From NCBI GenBank assembly GCA_032718475.1, contig JAUCBJ010005828.1, forward strand, positions 1-61,590: 61,590 nt of DNA, written 5' to 3'. Positions 21,276-34,900 of the stretch are shown here, piece after piece (the stretch's first letter is position 1; each line of letters begins with the position of its first letter). Below the pieces are notes generated by a model that worked only from the letters and a program-made list of their open reading frames with translations, had not been told where the DNA came from and ran no database searches. This stretch comes from Nemertoderma westbladi. Lineage: Eukaryota; Animalia; Xenacoelomorpha. The position numbers were made by a program, and so were the translations under genes.

Positions 21276-23217
21276 TTTAGGAACCAGAGTGGAAGGGTTT
21301 ACTGTGGAAGATCACCCATTGAGATGAACAGGAATTCCTTTAGGAAACAGAGTGGAAGTTTTTACTGTGGAAGATCACCCATGGTGGTGAACAGGCATTC
21401 CCTGGGAAACAGAGTGGAAGTGTTTATTGTGGAAGATCACCCATGGTGGTGAACAGGCATTCCTTTAGGAACCAGATTGGAAGGGTTAACTGTGGAAGAT
21501 CACTCATGGTGGTGAACAGGCATTCCTTTAGGAAACAGAGTGGAAGGGTTCACTGTGGAAGATCACCCATGGTTGTGAACAGGCGTTCCTTTAGGAAACA
21601 GAGTCTAAGGGTTTACTGTGGAGGATCCCCATGGTGGTGAACAAGCATTCCTTTATGAAACAGAGTGGAAGTGTTTACTGTGGAAGATCACCCATGGTGG
21701 TGAACAGGCATTCCCTGGGAAACAGAGTGGAAGGGTTTATTGTGGAAGATCACCCATGGTGGTGAACAGGCATTCCTTTAGGAACCAGATTGGAAGGGTT
21801 TACTGTGGAAGATCACCATGGTGGTGAACAGGCATTCCTTTGAGAAACAGAGTGGAGGGGTTTACTGTGGTAGATCACCCATGGTGGTGAACAGGCGTTC
21901 CTTTAGGAAACAGAGTGTAAGGGTTTACTGTGGAAGATCCCCATGGTGGTGAACAGGCATTCCTTTAGGAAACAGAATGGAAGGGTTAACTGTGGAAGAT
22001 CACTCATGGTGGTGAACAGGCATTCCTTTAGGAAACAGAGTGGAAGGGTTCACTGTGGAAGATCACCCATGGTTGTGAACAGGCGTTCCTTTAGGAAACA
22101 GAGTCTAAGGGTTTACTGTGGAGGATCCCCATGGTGGTGAACAAGCATTCCTTTATGAAACAGAATGGAAGGGTTTACTGTGGAAGATCACCCATGGCGG
22201 TGAACAGGCATTCCTTTAGGAAACAGAGTGGAAGTGTTTCCTGTGGAAGATCACCCATGGTGGTGAACAGGCATTCCCTGGGAAACAGAGAGGAAGGGTT
22301 TATTGTGGAAGATCACCCATGGTGGTGAACAGGCATTCCTTTAGGAACCAGATTGGAAGGGTTTACTGTGGAAGATCACCATGGTGGTGAACAGGCATTC
22401 CTTTGAGAAACAGAGTGGAGGGGTTTACTGTGGTAGATCACCCATGGTGGTGAACAGGCGTTCCTTTAGGAAACAGAGTGTAAGGGTTTACTGTGGAAGA
22501 TCCCCATGGTGGTGAACAGGCATTCCTTTAGGAAACAGAATGGAAGGGTTAACTGTGGAAGATCACTCATGGTGGTGAACAGGCATTCCTTTAGGAAACA
22601 GAGTGGAAGGGTTCACTGTGGAAGATCACCCATGGTTGTGAACAGGCGTTCCTTTAGGAAACAGAGTCTAAGGGTTTACTGTGGAGGATCCCCATGGTGG
22701 TGAACAAGCATTCCTTTATGAAACAGAATGGAAGGGTTTACTGTGGAAGATCACCCATGGTGGTGAACAGGCATTCCTTTAGGAAACAGAGTGGAAGGGT
22801 TTACTGTGGAAGATCACCCATGGTGGTGAACAGGCATTCCTTTAGGTAACAGAGTGGAAGGGTTTATTGTGGAAGATCACCCATGGTGGTGAACAGGCAT
22901 TCCTTTAGGAAACAGAGTGTAAGGGTTTACTGTGGAAGATCCCCATGGTGGTGAACAGGCATTCCTTTAGGAAACAGAATGGAAGGGTTTACTGTGGAAG
23001 ATCACCCATGGTGGTGAACAGGCATTCCTTTAGGAAACAGAGTGGAAGGGTTTACTGTGGAAGATCACCCATGGTGGTGAACAGGCATTCCTTTAGGAAA
23101 CAGAGTGGAAGGGTTTACTGTGGAAGATCACCCATGGTTGTAAACAGGCATTCCTTTAGGTAACAGAGTGGAAGGGTTTACTGTGGAAGATCACCCATGG
23201 AGACGAGCAGGCATTCC
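21276..23217. repeat. 63-bp satellite, array 1 (about 31 copies)
   Basis: Unit gtggaagatcacccatggtggtgaacaggcattcctttaggaaacagagtggaagggtttact. Confidence 0.97.
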
Positions 23218-24489
23218 GTGGCTTTAATGAACAGGAGATTCTCCCAATTTGAATATGTAATTTAAACTGGATTAGTTTTGACAAAGTCAATACTAATCAG
23301 AGTGAATAGAAAGAAAGCGATACATTTTTTATACATGTTGTTTTTTCCAGTCTGTTTCCTAATAAGTTTCAAACAAAAGATCATATCACTGGTTGTTAGA
23401 CAAACAGCGTCTACCGCTTCTTCATCCCCCTTTAATATACGTTCCCCCGTGAGTTGTGATATATTTTTCGCAGATTACTTTCATAATATTAGATGAGAAT
23501 ACTACAACACAGTAATATATTCAAATTTATTCCCGTAAATATTATTGTCTCATTATTTCGGTGGCCATATCGCCAACTATAGTCGACATTCAGAATGTAT
23601 CGTGCCAAGCATTACTAACCACCAGCTCTTAGGAAGAAAATGACATTCTTCCCCTCCTTTTTTTATATTTCTTAAAGTGAAGTGAAATTTCTGGCCTGCG
23701 CTAATCTCTTCACTTCGAATAGCAACAGGCCTTCTAAGCTCAGGTATATATACAATTAACAAAGCCCATCGTCTTACATAATATTCAAGACGTACTGTAA
23801 TTAAATGTAATTATTTATTACTGTAGGCCTAATATATACTGTAATATCGGAAATTACGATTTGGAATATTTCAGCATCTAAAATGTACTATCAGGTGAAG
23901 ATCGCACTTTCTAAACTATTCCTGTGTAAGTTTATTACCATAATGTCGCGCATAACATCATAATAATTATAATTAAACTGGGTGAGCGGAAATCGTAATC
24001 TGTTCCCGCCTTGCAGACCAATAATGGTGTGGTGCGTTCTTAGCACAACGATCATTCTGGAAATTGTCCAGTACATTTACAATTTTGTCCATTACAATAC
24101 ATAATGAGAGTTTGATTGACAATGCGCGGACAGTATCTCTGCAGCCTCCCAGTCAGTCGCTTCAAGGCGGATCGCTTCAAGGCGGCTCGCTTCCGTCTAT
24201 CCAACCCCCACCAGCATCTCTGGTAAAAATAAACTTAATTTAGCTGATTACTATGTCCCCCCAACAACAGGTCTCCAAGTCGATATGCCGTTAATAAATA
24301 TAGCCATACCAGTCCAATTACTTATCTTATTCACTCATTATAACTGGGTGTCAATCATTTCCTGAATTAATTCTTCCTTGAAACATTTAAATTATTGCGT
24401 TTGGCTGAGTAGGGGAGCAGTTCCTGTGAACAAATATTGGGCCCTGCCCATTTGCTTACATTGTACCTATTAATTATTCTACATCACAG

Positions 24490-24730
24490 ATGGTCGAAAG
24501 TTTCTTTCCTCGGCGACAGGTCGGTGTTCGGTGAAACACGAACCTCTGCATTACTACCGCCTCGCATCACGCATCCGGCTAAATCAACGGCTATGGAAGC
24601 CCGACGAGGTTGGAAAGATATCGATGATCCACAATACAGGTTATTGTTTCCGTGGTGGGAACAAACCTAAAATATTCACACGGAGTGCTGAAGCTGTGCG
24701 TACATGTGTTCCTGGTGGCGACAGAAACAA
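24490..24730 (+). CDS. Candidate coding exon, product unknown
   Basis: tattctacatcacAG acceptor, GTGAGT donor, GC-elevated, one frame open throughout (GRKFLSSATGRCSVKHEPLHYYRL...VPGGDRN). Confidence 0.3.
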
Positions 24731-25714
24731 GTGAGTAGACGTATGTCTGCACCAGCCCACTCGGGATACACTTCACAAAAATATCGTAGGAATTTCTCAT
24801 ATTGGCGACGCTAATACGCCAATGTAATAAGGAATTATCGATCAATAAAATGCTGATGGACAATATTGCAATCGATAAACGCAATTTCAGACATCCAGAA
24901 TCTAGTCGCTGCAATCATGTTTGAATATCTTTAAATCTCTCCCAGTTTAAATAATAATATAGATGAAACTAAATGAGAATTTTTAAGTAGATTAATGTTT
25001 GTTAATGAAGGATGATTTATGAATTTACAGTTCCGAATCCTTCGGAGGGTAGAACTTCGGCCCCACCGTTGAACGAAGTTTCGGATGAATGATTCATCAT
25101 ATCCATAGACATACAGTGCAGGGGATGTTGAGACTCACAGATTCTAATTCATTTGTCTATTGTAATCTTTCAAATTGAGAAACAGTGATTATATTATCAA
25201 TGCACCACATAAAGAGCTACTGCAGCTACTCCTGGAGTGAGTTAAGTCCTCAGATGCACCTCACGGTCACAGCGGTGCGGTTTTTTATTGCATAACCCAC
25301 ATTGAAACCGATGTCACCGATTTCACGCAGGACTGTAACCAAAAACATAATGTGATTGACCTGTGATGTGATCGTAGCGCTTTTACCTCTGTCACCTCAC
25401 AACCACCCCTCTCCTCCTTACTGCCAGGGGGTTGTGCGTGCAATGCGATATTGATTTACCGGAATCTACATATATTCAGCATGACTTGAGCAAAGATTAC
25501 AAAAAGTCGAAAAGGAAAGGGAACAGGCTACAGTCGTAACGGAGATCAAAACCTACTTAAGTTATGGAGGCTACACTAACTGTGATGCCTTCCGTGCCCG
25601 GTACATTTAGTTATTTGACATAAATAACATTGTTTGGTTAATTTTGGGTGCGGATTCTTTATCCCACTTCCCTCGTTCAGTGCATTATTTAGTCTTGGGA
25701 TCTCACATTTGTTT

Positions 25715-26115
25715 CTGGATATCCCAGCCCAGCACCTAGCTGATCTAGACTTTGCTGACGACTTAGGAGTACTCACAGAATCTCAAGAAGGATCCCATCT
25801 GCTCGTGAGCTCACTAGCAAAGGCTACTTCTAGTGTTGGTCTATTTGTTAACTCTAGGAACACGAACATTTTTACAGTTAACCTTGACAGTCCTCTGGAA
25901 ATGTCTGATCGCACGGGAAAAAGCTCTGTGATAGCGTATGTGGATGACTTCTGTTAAATGGGATCATGGATCCGGAAATGATGTGGATCCGGAATATTAT
26001 TTAGAGCAGCTGTAGAACCAGTACTACAATGCGAGTCCATGCTGGGCTCTAGCTGCTGAGGACACCAAAACTCTGCCTGTTAATTATACAAGAATGTCGG
26101 GTTCACTGTCTCAAG
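25715..26115 (+). mobile_element. Decayed RTE fragment (same family as 18150-20808)
   Basis: PAQHLADLDFADDLGVLTES matches PAKYLTDLDFADDLGVLSES. Confidence 0.85.
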
Positions 26116-27054
26116 TTTATGAGGCGCCGTTTCGGCCGATTTTACAACATTATGTTAATTATGTATGTATTGTAATGTGGCTGTTAATTATGTATTGTAG
26201 CGTGGCAGTTACTTGTGTATTGTAGCGTGGCAGTTACTTGCCTATTTTAGTTTGAAGGTTAATTATCGCTTTTTTTATATCGAAATTGCCTTTTCATAAA
26301 GGTAGATACTGTAGGTAGTTGTGGTAGGAAAGAGGACCATCAGAAAGAAAGTAATTCGTTGTGATTTAGGGAACCCCGTCAACGGATAATTCATAAGCAA
26401 AACAAACGCAAGCTTTTCAGCCTTTTCCTATATTTGTAAATAATTATTAATAAGAAAATGAAAAGGAAAGCGGCTGCTTTGTATTACCTATCTATTGTTC
26501 CAGTGATTAACCTCTGGTAGCTTCATTTATCCCTAATCATCATCGCCTCACGCACAATTTGGATTTATTGCATTAATGAAGTCGTTTGTTGGCGGCCTGC
26601 ACTTGACTGAAATAATTGGTCAATTTTGTAGCATAAATCAATGAAGTGTAGACTAACTACATATAAATAGAAACCTTTTAACCTAAAAGTTAATTGATCC
26701 TGATCTACATAGTATTTGATAACGATTAGCATAGAAAAACCACATCTTATTATTTTAACAGCTACCCAACCAGCCATTTTTTAAAAATAAAGTAGATGGT
26801 TTTATTATTTTTATATGAAATTCCTACACTTACAAGAAACACCTACAGGATTACATAATGTAGAATTCTTTATTTAGGTTTAGTTTAATAACTTATTGTA
26901 TTGTGTTGTATTATGCTATAACCATAATAGTAGGTCATGATTATTGATTATGCCAAGTTTAAACAACTTGGCCAAAATAAAAGGCACGCGAATCTCGGTA
27001 ACCCACCAAATCCGTCTCTCCGTCGCTGTAATAATATCAGGACGTAATACAGTA

Positions 27055-27687
27055 CAGGCCACCAGAAAACGCAGATTTGTACAATTGTGAACACATTTTA
27101 TCAAATGTGTACCAGTGTAATGTAATGTTGTCGAACGGGACAATTGAACATAATTGAATTGGCAACATCCAAAATTTTTTCGCCAAAGGATACAATTGAA
27201 TACTTTTGAAACGCTTAGTAATCTGGAAACTCTCTGTAGTTTGCCGCGAACTGTCACTCACTGCAGCTGGAAATTTGATATATTTATATTATATATGATA
27301 TATTTATATTTATAGTGTGTGGTTAATTAGTGTCTAGTAGGCAGGCCTATAGTTAGTGATATTAAGGCATCTTCTGGTGTTTCTCTGTGCCTTCTCGGTG
27401 TCAGACTAATGGCGCGACATCTCCCTGCACTAAATTAATTATTCAATGGTCTAGGCTCCTCCATCCACATACCCATCCACTCCCATACACTCCATCAACC
27501 TCCATGTGGACTTGTATGTAGTTCTCTCTTTACCAATACAGGTCTCTACCAATTGTCGGTCCCAGCAAGTTAGCCTACTGCTGTGTGATCTAGAAGATAA
27601 CTCGCCATAACCTGCAAATCAGATGACTTGAACAAATGTGTTCACATGTGATCACATTGGATGAAATCTGCTTTTTCTGGTGGCCTG
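27055..27687. mobile_element. Internally deleted Tc1/mariner-type element or MITE
   Basis: TA-caggccaccagaaaacgcagattt...aaatctgctttttctggtggcctg-TA; the inverted match extends to gtgaacacattt/aaatgtgttcac. Confidence 0.65.
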
Positions 27688-28178
27688 TACTACTGTATAT
27701 GAAATTTTCTCGAATGAGAAGCTGTACGTTATGTTGTGACGTCGTTGCATGAAATTTTGCGCCTCTTTTGTAATTTAATAAAAAAAATATTAAACAAACT
27801 TCAAGGCTGGACTTACAGATTCCAGATTGGCAGTGTAGATCTGGTAGATATGCCGTATCTCTCCTAGCCGGGATCCCGTGGACGAACTGTATGTAATTCC
27901 AATTCCTCGATAATACATTGCAGTTGGGTTCGTATTGTAGTTACAGTAGCTACTGTACGAGTTGCCAGCGGGTACATCGATAAAATGAAAATAATTGACT
28001 TACTTTGTCGCGCTCACCCCCCCCCCCCCCCCCCTCCTTCCACCACCACCCTCATAACACCCAACTATTTACTGTAGATAAGACTGCATCCAACCCCTCC
28101 CTATATTGAATATCTATATTATATTGCTAAATATCTATATTGGTTATATAAGAAAATAAGAGTATACTATACTAGAAA

Positions 28179-28258
28179 GGTACCGGCACCGGCACCGGTA
28201 CGGTACCGGCACGGTACCGGCACCGGTACGGTACCGGCACGGTACCGGCACCGGTACC
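28179..28258. repeat. GC-rich palindromic micro-repeat cluster (GGTACC/ACCGGT/CCGGCA)
   Basis: Directly visible. Confidence 0.9.
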
Positions 28259-28523
28259 TCGGTAATGCTCCCACGGCAATCAATGTATATATATCGCGGC
28301 CATCGGGAATAAATTATTATTATTTCCATAATTATTACACTTTCACTTCTTTATTTTTCACTTTGTAAAATCTCTATGTTGCTTCAATAAGCAATCATGA
28401 GGCCATCATGGTTCAATCCCGAGATGGGGCAGCACAGTTTGGTCAAGGAGCTCATAATACTGCAGCCTAACCCAATCCAGGCGTTCATCCTTAACTTTCC
28501 GGTAAATGAAACAAAGGTAATTT

Positions 28524-29818
28524 GGGAAACAGAATCAGTGTGGAAGGGTTTACTGTGGAAGATCACTCATGGTGGTGATCAGGCATTCCTTTAGGAAACA
28601 GAGTGGACGGGTTTACTGTGGAAGATCACCCATGGTGGTGAACAGGCATTCCATTAGGAAACAGAGTGTAAGGGTTTACTGTGGAAGATCACCCATGGTG
28701 GTGAACAGCATTCCTTTTGGAAACAGAGTGTAAGGGTTTACTGTGGAAGATCACCCATGGTGGTGAACAGCATTCCTTTAGGAATCAGAGTGGACGGGTT
28801 TACTGTGGAAGATCACCCATGGTGGTGAACAGGCATTCCATTAGGAAACAGAGTGTAAGGGTTTACTGTGGAAGATCACCCATGGTGGTGAACAGGCATT
28901 CCTTTAGGAAACAGAGTGGAAGGGTTTACTGTGGAAGATCACCCATGGTGGTGAACAGGCATTCCATTAGGAAACAGAGTGTAAGGGTTTACTGTGGAAG
29001 ATCACCCATGGTGGTGAACAGGCATTCCATTAGTAAACAGAGTGTAAGGGTTTACTGTGGAAGATCACCCATGGTGGTGAACAGGCATTCGATTAGGAAA
29101 CAGAGTGTAAGGGTTTACTTGGAAGATCACCCATGGTGGTGAACAGCATTCCTTTAGGAAACAGAGTGGACGGGTTTACTGTGGAAGATCACCCATGGTG
29201 GTGAACAGGCATTCCTTTATGAAACTGAGTGGCAGGGTTTACTATGGAAGATCACCCATGGTGGTGAAGAGACAATCCTTTAGGAAACAGAGTGGAAGTT
29301 TTTACTGTGGAAGATCACCCATGGTGGTGAACAGGCAGTCCTTTATCAAACAGAGTGGAAGGGTTTACTGTGGAAGATCACCCATGGTGGTGAACATGCA
29401 TTCCTTTAGGAAACAGAGTGGAAGGGTTTACTGTGGAAGATCACCCATGGTGGTGAACAGGCATTCCTTTAGGAAACATAGTGGAAGGGTTTACTGTGGA
29501 AGATTACCCATGGTGGTGAACAGGCATTCCTTTAGGAAACTGATTGCACAGGTTTACTGTGGAAGATCACCCATGGTGATGAACAGACATTCATTTAGGA
29601 AACAGATTGGAAGGGTTTATTGTGGAAGATCACCCATGGTGGTGAACAGACATTCCTTTAGGAAACAGAGTGCACAGGTTTACTGTGGAAGATCACCCAT
29701 GGTGATGAACAGACATTCATTTAGGAAACAGATTGGAAGGGTTTACTGTGGAAGATCACCCATGGTGGTGAACAGACATTCCTTTAGGAAGCAGAGTGGA
29801 AGGGCTTACTGTGGCAGA
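28524..29818. repeat. 63-bp satellite, array 2 (about 20 copies)
   Basis: Same unit and orientation as 21276-23217. Confidence 0.97.
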
Positions 29819-30539
29819 TTAAGAAGATTAAGAATATGTTGTTAGATCTTTACATGTTAAGCTCAATATCCTATCCATTCATCCAATTAAATTTGTCTTC
29901 AATAATAAAGTATTGATAGAGTGTACCAGCCAGGCATCATGGCACTGGCAATGTAATTCAACCTGAATTAAGAACCAATCAGAGATCAGCAGTTGTGATA
30001 TGGAACTCAGTGCTGAGACCGTATGGGGTTTGGGAATATATACCACTTACAAACCCCAGGCGATGTCAGCACTTATTAAATGGATAGATACAATAAAAAT
30101 AAAGAAGTACTTTGGGGGATATGTGGGCAATGCGCAATGGGCGTGCCTTGCATACTGAAACACGAATTGGAGGTAGATCAGCAGGAAATATAAATGTTAA
30201 GGGTAAGCTATAAGGGTTTTTTATAATAAATTTATTTACTTTTCGGTTTTCATATTGTTCTTAAATTCTATTTAAATTTTTATTAATTACCATGAGAACA
30301 CAGGTATAATATATATCAGGATTGATTTTCTATATAGCCTACATTTTTGACACTTTGCGACAGGGTCATTGTTAGATCGTATGGTGTGGTGGAATTTCGC
30401 CAGAACATTTACACTAAAGCAAAAATCGGTTGGAAATGCAGAATAGACGCATTGAGAGCGTCTAGATTGAGAGCGTCATTGAGAGCGCGCCAGGTTTGCT
30501 AGTTGTGTCCGAGTAACCGAGTGTCAAGATTTAAATTGA

Positions 30540-30760
30540 TTGAACTATTAGCCCTTGGGTGCGTATTGAGGCCGCAGTAAGGCAAGGTGCATCCTCTAGT
30601 TTATTTCTCTTTACGTTATATATTGATGCATTGGTAACAATGTTTAACGAACTATGTTCTACTAATGATTACCTTAGCGCACTTCACGCCAGGACGATAC
30701 TGCGATGTCCGCATCATCACGTGAAAAATGTCAGCATAAATTAGAAATCTTGTTACAATA
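30540..30760 (+). mobile_element. Small decayed LINE RT fragment
   Basis: VRQGASSSLFLFTLYID resembles the RT QG motif of RTEX-like LINEs. Confidence 0.5.
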
Positions 30761-31395
30761 ACGGTAGGTGTCCCAATTACCTAAATCAAAAATTCAACAG
30801 AGTGCGTGATACACACATACTCTTACAGTACCTTGGAAATAAGCTACAAAGTTTTATGGGTAATCCTATATGTTATGTTGGACAATACCTATATACATTG
30901 TTTGGTGTATTTGTTATTGTTTTTTTTATTTACATACCGGTAATATATAAATAAATCTATCTATATAGGAAAAAAATAATTATTATTCCTTAAACTTCTG
31001 TTGCAATCGGTAACAAAGAAATTTTTTGAAATGAAATATTATACTTTATTGCTTTGCTGCTTTACTGCCTGGGGTATGCATTACAAGTACGTGTAAACTT
31101 TTTTGCCCTTGTTTGTATGCTCAGCTCAATACATACATATGTACACTTCATATTTCTTCAATGATTATCTAATTTAACTGCTACATGTTTTTTGGAAATA
31201 ATTCACGTAGAGCATTACTTGGAAAATGTTTTGCTTTATTTTTTTAAATTATAAAAGATGATTTGAAGATGACTTACTAATTCGGTTAGCTACTGTACAG
31301 GCCTACATCACACATTATGAATATTGTCTGTAGGCGTACAGAATAATTGTTATACGACAAACAAAACTTGAAACAATTTAAAAGGAAATATATTG

Positions 31396-31617
31396 TTATG
31401 TCGCGAATGTGTGTCTGTCTTTTAATCGAACAGCTTGAGATTTTCCCGCCCGTTTCTTCTTCTTACACATAAAGTACGGACACATTGAGTACAGAGCATC
31501 TAGGAACTTGTCATTACATAATGGGTACAGAATCGGGTTGAAACTCGAGTTGAGATATCCAAACCAGATACATACGTTAAACGTTGTCTTGGAAACACAA
31601 TCGTGACATACAGAAAC
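31396..31617 (-). CDS. HRH1-like: Last coding exon (ECL3, TM7, helix 8, stop) of histamine H1-like GPCR
   Basis: ttatttattttcAG acceptor, phase 0 matching the donor at 50463; VSVCHDCVSKTTFNVCIWFGYLNSSFNPILYPLCNDKF...FAT*, comparable to H1 FCKNCC...IWLGYINSTLNPLIYPLCNENF. Confidence 0.93.
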   Translation of the reverse strand, partial: VSVCHDCVSKTTFNVCIWFGYLNSSFNPILYPLCNDKFLDALYSMCPYFMCKKKKRAGKSQAVRLKDRHTFAT

Positions 31618-31907
31618 CTGAAAATAAATAAAAGAATAATTACTATATATACATTACTGTACCGGAATAATAGTAGATACTCAATTCTTTCGTACTTATG
31701 CGGTGTTTCATGACGATTACCAATACAAGTATAACAATAAATATAATAATGAAATTTAAAAAGGAATCTGTATTAACTGTGCTATTTTCTGTGCTATTGA
31801 CTTTATTGTTCTGGTTAGAGTAACCCCGTCACTGAATCCTGCACCTTTCGATTCTTAAATAACGATTTAACTTAAATATACGAACGTTGTTGATTTACAA
31901 AGATGGT

Positions 31908-34900
31908 ATTTATATGAATAGCTCCACCTCCCTCTCGATGTTTGTGGTGATTTATATGAATAGCTCCACCTCCCACTCGATGTTTGTGGTGATTTATATG
32001 AATAGCTCCACCTCCCTCTCGATATTTGTGGTGATTTATATGAATAGCTCCACCTCCCTCTCGATGTTTGTGGTGATTTATATGAATAGCTCCACCTGCC
32101 TCTCGATGTTTGTGGTGATTTATATGAATAGCTCCACCTGCCTCTCGATGTTTGTGGTGATTTATATGAATAGCTCCACCTCCCTCTCGATGTTTGTCGT
32201 GATTTATATGAATAGCTCCACCTCCCTCTCGATGTTTGTAGTGATTTATATGAATAGCTCCACCTCCCTCTCGATGTTTGTCGTGATTTATATGAATAGC
32301 TCCACCTCCCTCTCGATGTTTGTGGTGATTTATATGAATAGCTCCACCTGCCTCTCGATGTTTGTGGTGATTTATATGAATAGCTCCACCTGCCTCTCGA
32401 TGTTTGTGGTGATTTATATGAATAGCTCCACCTCCCTCTCGATGTTTGTAGTGATTTATATGAATAGCTCCACCTCCCTCTCGATGTTTGTCGTGATTTA
32501 TATGAATAGCTCCACCTCCCTCTCGATGTTTGTGGTGATTTATATGAATAGCTCCACCTCCCTCTCGATGTTTGTGGTGATTTATATGAATAGCTCCACC
32601 TGCCTCTCGATGTTTGTGGTGATTTATATGAATAGCTCCACCTCCCTCTCGATGTTTGTCGTGATTTATATGAATAGCTCCACCTCCCTCTCGATGTTTG
32701 TAGTGATTTATATGAATAGCTCCACCTCCCTCTCGATGTTTGTCGTGATTTATATGAATAGCTCCACCTCCCTCTCGATGTTTGTGGTGATTTATATGAA
32801 TAGCTCCACCTGCCTCTCGATGTTTGTGGTGATTTATATGAATAGCTCCACCTCCCTCTCGATGTTTGTGGTGATTTATATGAATAGCTCCACCTCCCTC
32901 TCGATGTTTGTGGTGATTTATATGAATAGCTCCACCTCCCTCTCGATGTTTGTAGTGATTTATATGAATAGCTCCACCTCCCTCTCGATGTTTGTAGTGA
33001 TTTATATGAATAGCTCCACCTCCTTCTCGATGTTTGTGGTGATTTATATGAATAGCTCCACCTCCCTCTCGATGTTTGTGGTGATTTATATGAGTAGCTC
33101 CACCTCCCTCTCGATGTTTGTAGTGATTTATATGAATAGCTCCACCTCCCTCTCGATGTTTGTGGTGATTTATATGAATAGCTCCACCTGCCTCTCGATG
33201 TGTGTGGTGATTTATATGAATAGCTCCACCTGCCTCTCGAAGTTTGTGGTGATTTATATGAATAGCTCCACCTCCCTCTCGATGTTTGTGGTGATTTATA
33301 TGAATAGCTCCACCTCCCTCTCGATGTTTGTGGTGATTTATAAGAATAGCTCCACCTCCCTCTCGATGTTTGTGGTGATTTATATGAATAGCTCCACCTC
33401 CCTCTCGATGTTTGTGGTGATTTATATGAATAGCTCCACCTCCCACTCGATGTTTGTGGTGATTTATATGAATAGCTCCACCTCCCTCTCGATGTTTGTG
33501 GTGATTTATATGAATAGCTCCACCTCCCTCTCGATGTTTGTAGTGATTTATATGAATAGCTCCACCTCCCTCTCGATGTTTGTGGTGATTTATATGAATA
33601 GCTCCACCTCCCACTCGATGTTTGTGGTGATTTATATGAATAGCTCCACCTCCCACTCGATGTTTGTGGTGATTTATATGAATAGCTCCACCTGCCTCTC
33701 GATGTTTGTGGTGATTTATATGAATAGCTACACCTCCCTCTCGATGTTTGTAGTGATTTATATGAATAGCTCCACCTCCCTCTCGATGTTTGTGGTGATT
33801 TATATGAATAGCTCCACCTGCCTCTCGATGTTTGTGGTGATTTATATGAATAGCTACACCTCCCTCTCGATGTTTGTAGTGATTTATATGAATAGCTCCA
33901 CCTCCCTCTCGATGTTTGTAGTGATTTATATGAATAGCTCCACCTCCCTCTCGATGTTTGTAGTGATTTATATGAATAGCTCCACCTCCCTCTCGATGTT
34001 TGTGGTGATTTATATGAATAGCTACACCTCCCTCTCAATGTTTGTAGTGATTTATATGAATAGCTCCACCTCCCTCTCGATGTTTGTGGTGATTTATATG
34101 AATAGCTCCACCTCCCTCTCGATGTTTGTGGTGATTTATATGAATAGCTCCACCTCCCTCTCGATGTTTGTAGTGATTTATATGAATAGCTCCACCTCCC
34201 ACTCGATGTTTGTGGTGATTTATATGAATAGCTCCACCTCCCTCTCGATGTTTGTGGTGATTTATATGAATAGCTCCACCTCCCTCTCGATGTTTGTAGT
34301 GATTTATATGAATAGCTCCACCTCCCACTCGATGTTTGTGGTGATTTATATGAATAGCTACACCTCCCTCTCGATGTTTGTAGTGATTTATATGAATAGC
34401 TCCACCTCCCTCTCTATGTTTGTTGTGATTTATATGAATAGCTCCACCTGCCTCTCGATGTTTGTGGTGATTTATATGAATAGCTCCACCTCCCTCTCGA
34501 TGTTTGTGGTGATTTATATGAATAGCTCCACCTCCCTCTCGATGTTTGTGGTGATTCATATGAATAGCTACACCTCCCTCTCGATGTTTGCGGTGATTTA
34601 TATGAATAGCTCCACCTCCCTCTCGATGTTTGTGGTGATTTATATGAATAGCTCCACCTCCCTCTCGATGTTTGTGGTGATTTATATGAATAGTTACACC
34701 TCCCTCTCGATGTTTGTAGTGATTTATATGAATAGCTCCACCTCCCTCTCGATGTTTGTAGTGATTTATATGAATAGCTCCACCTCCCTCTCGATGTTTG
34801 TAGTGATTTATATGAATAGCTCCACCTCCCACTCGATGTTTGTGGTGATTTATATGAATAGCTACACCTCCCTCTCGATGTTTGTAGTGATTTATATGAA

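Noticed and set aside
27436-27568. Possible plus-strand exon
   Set aside because: Lies inside the TA-flanked Tc1/mariner-like element and has a weak donor.
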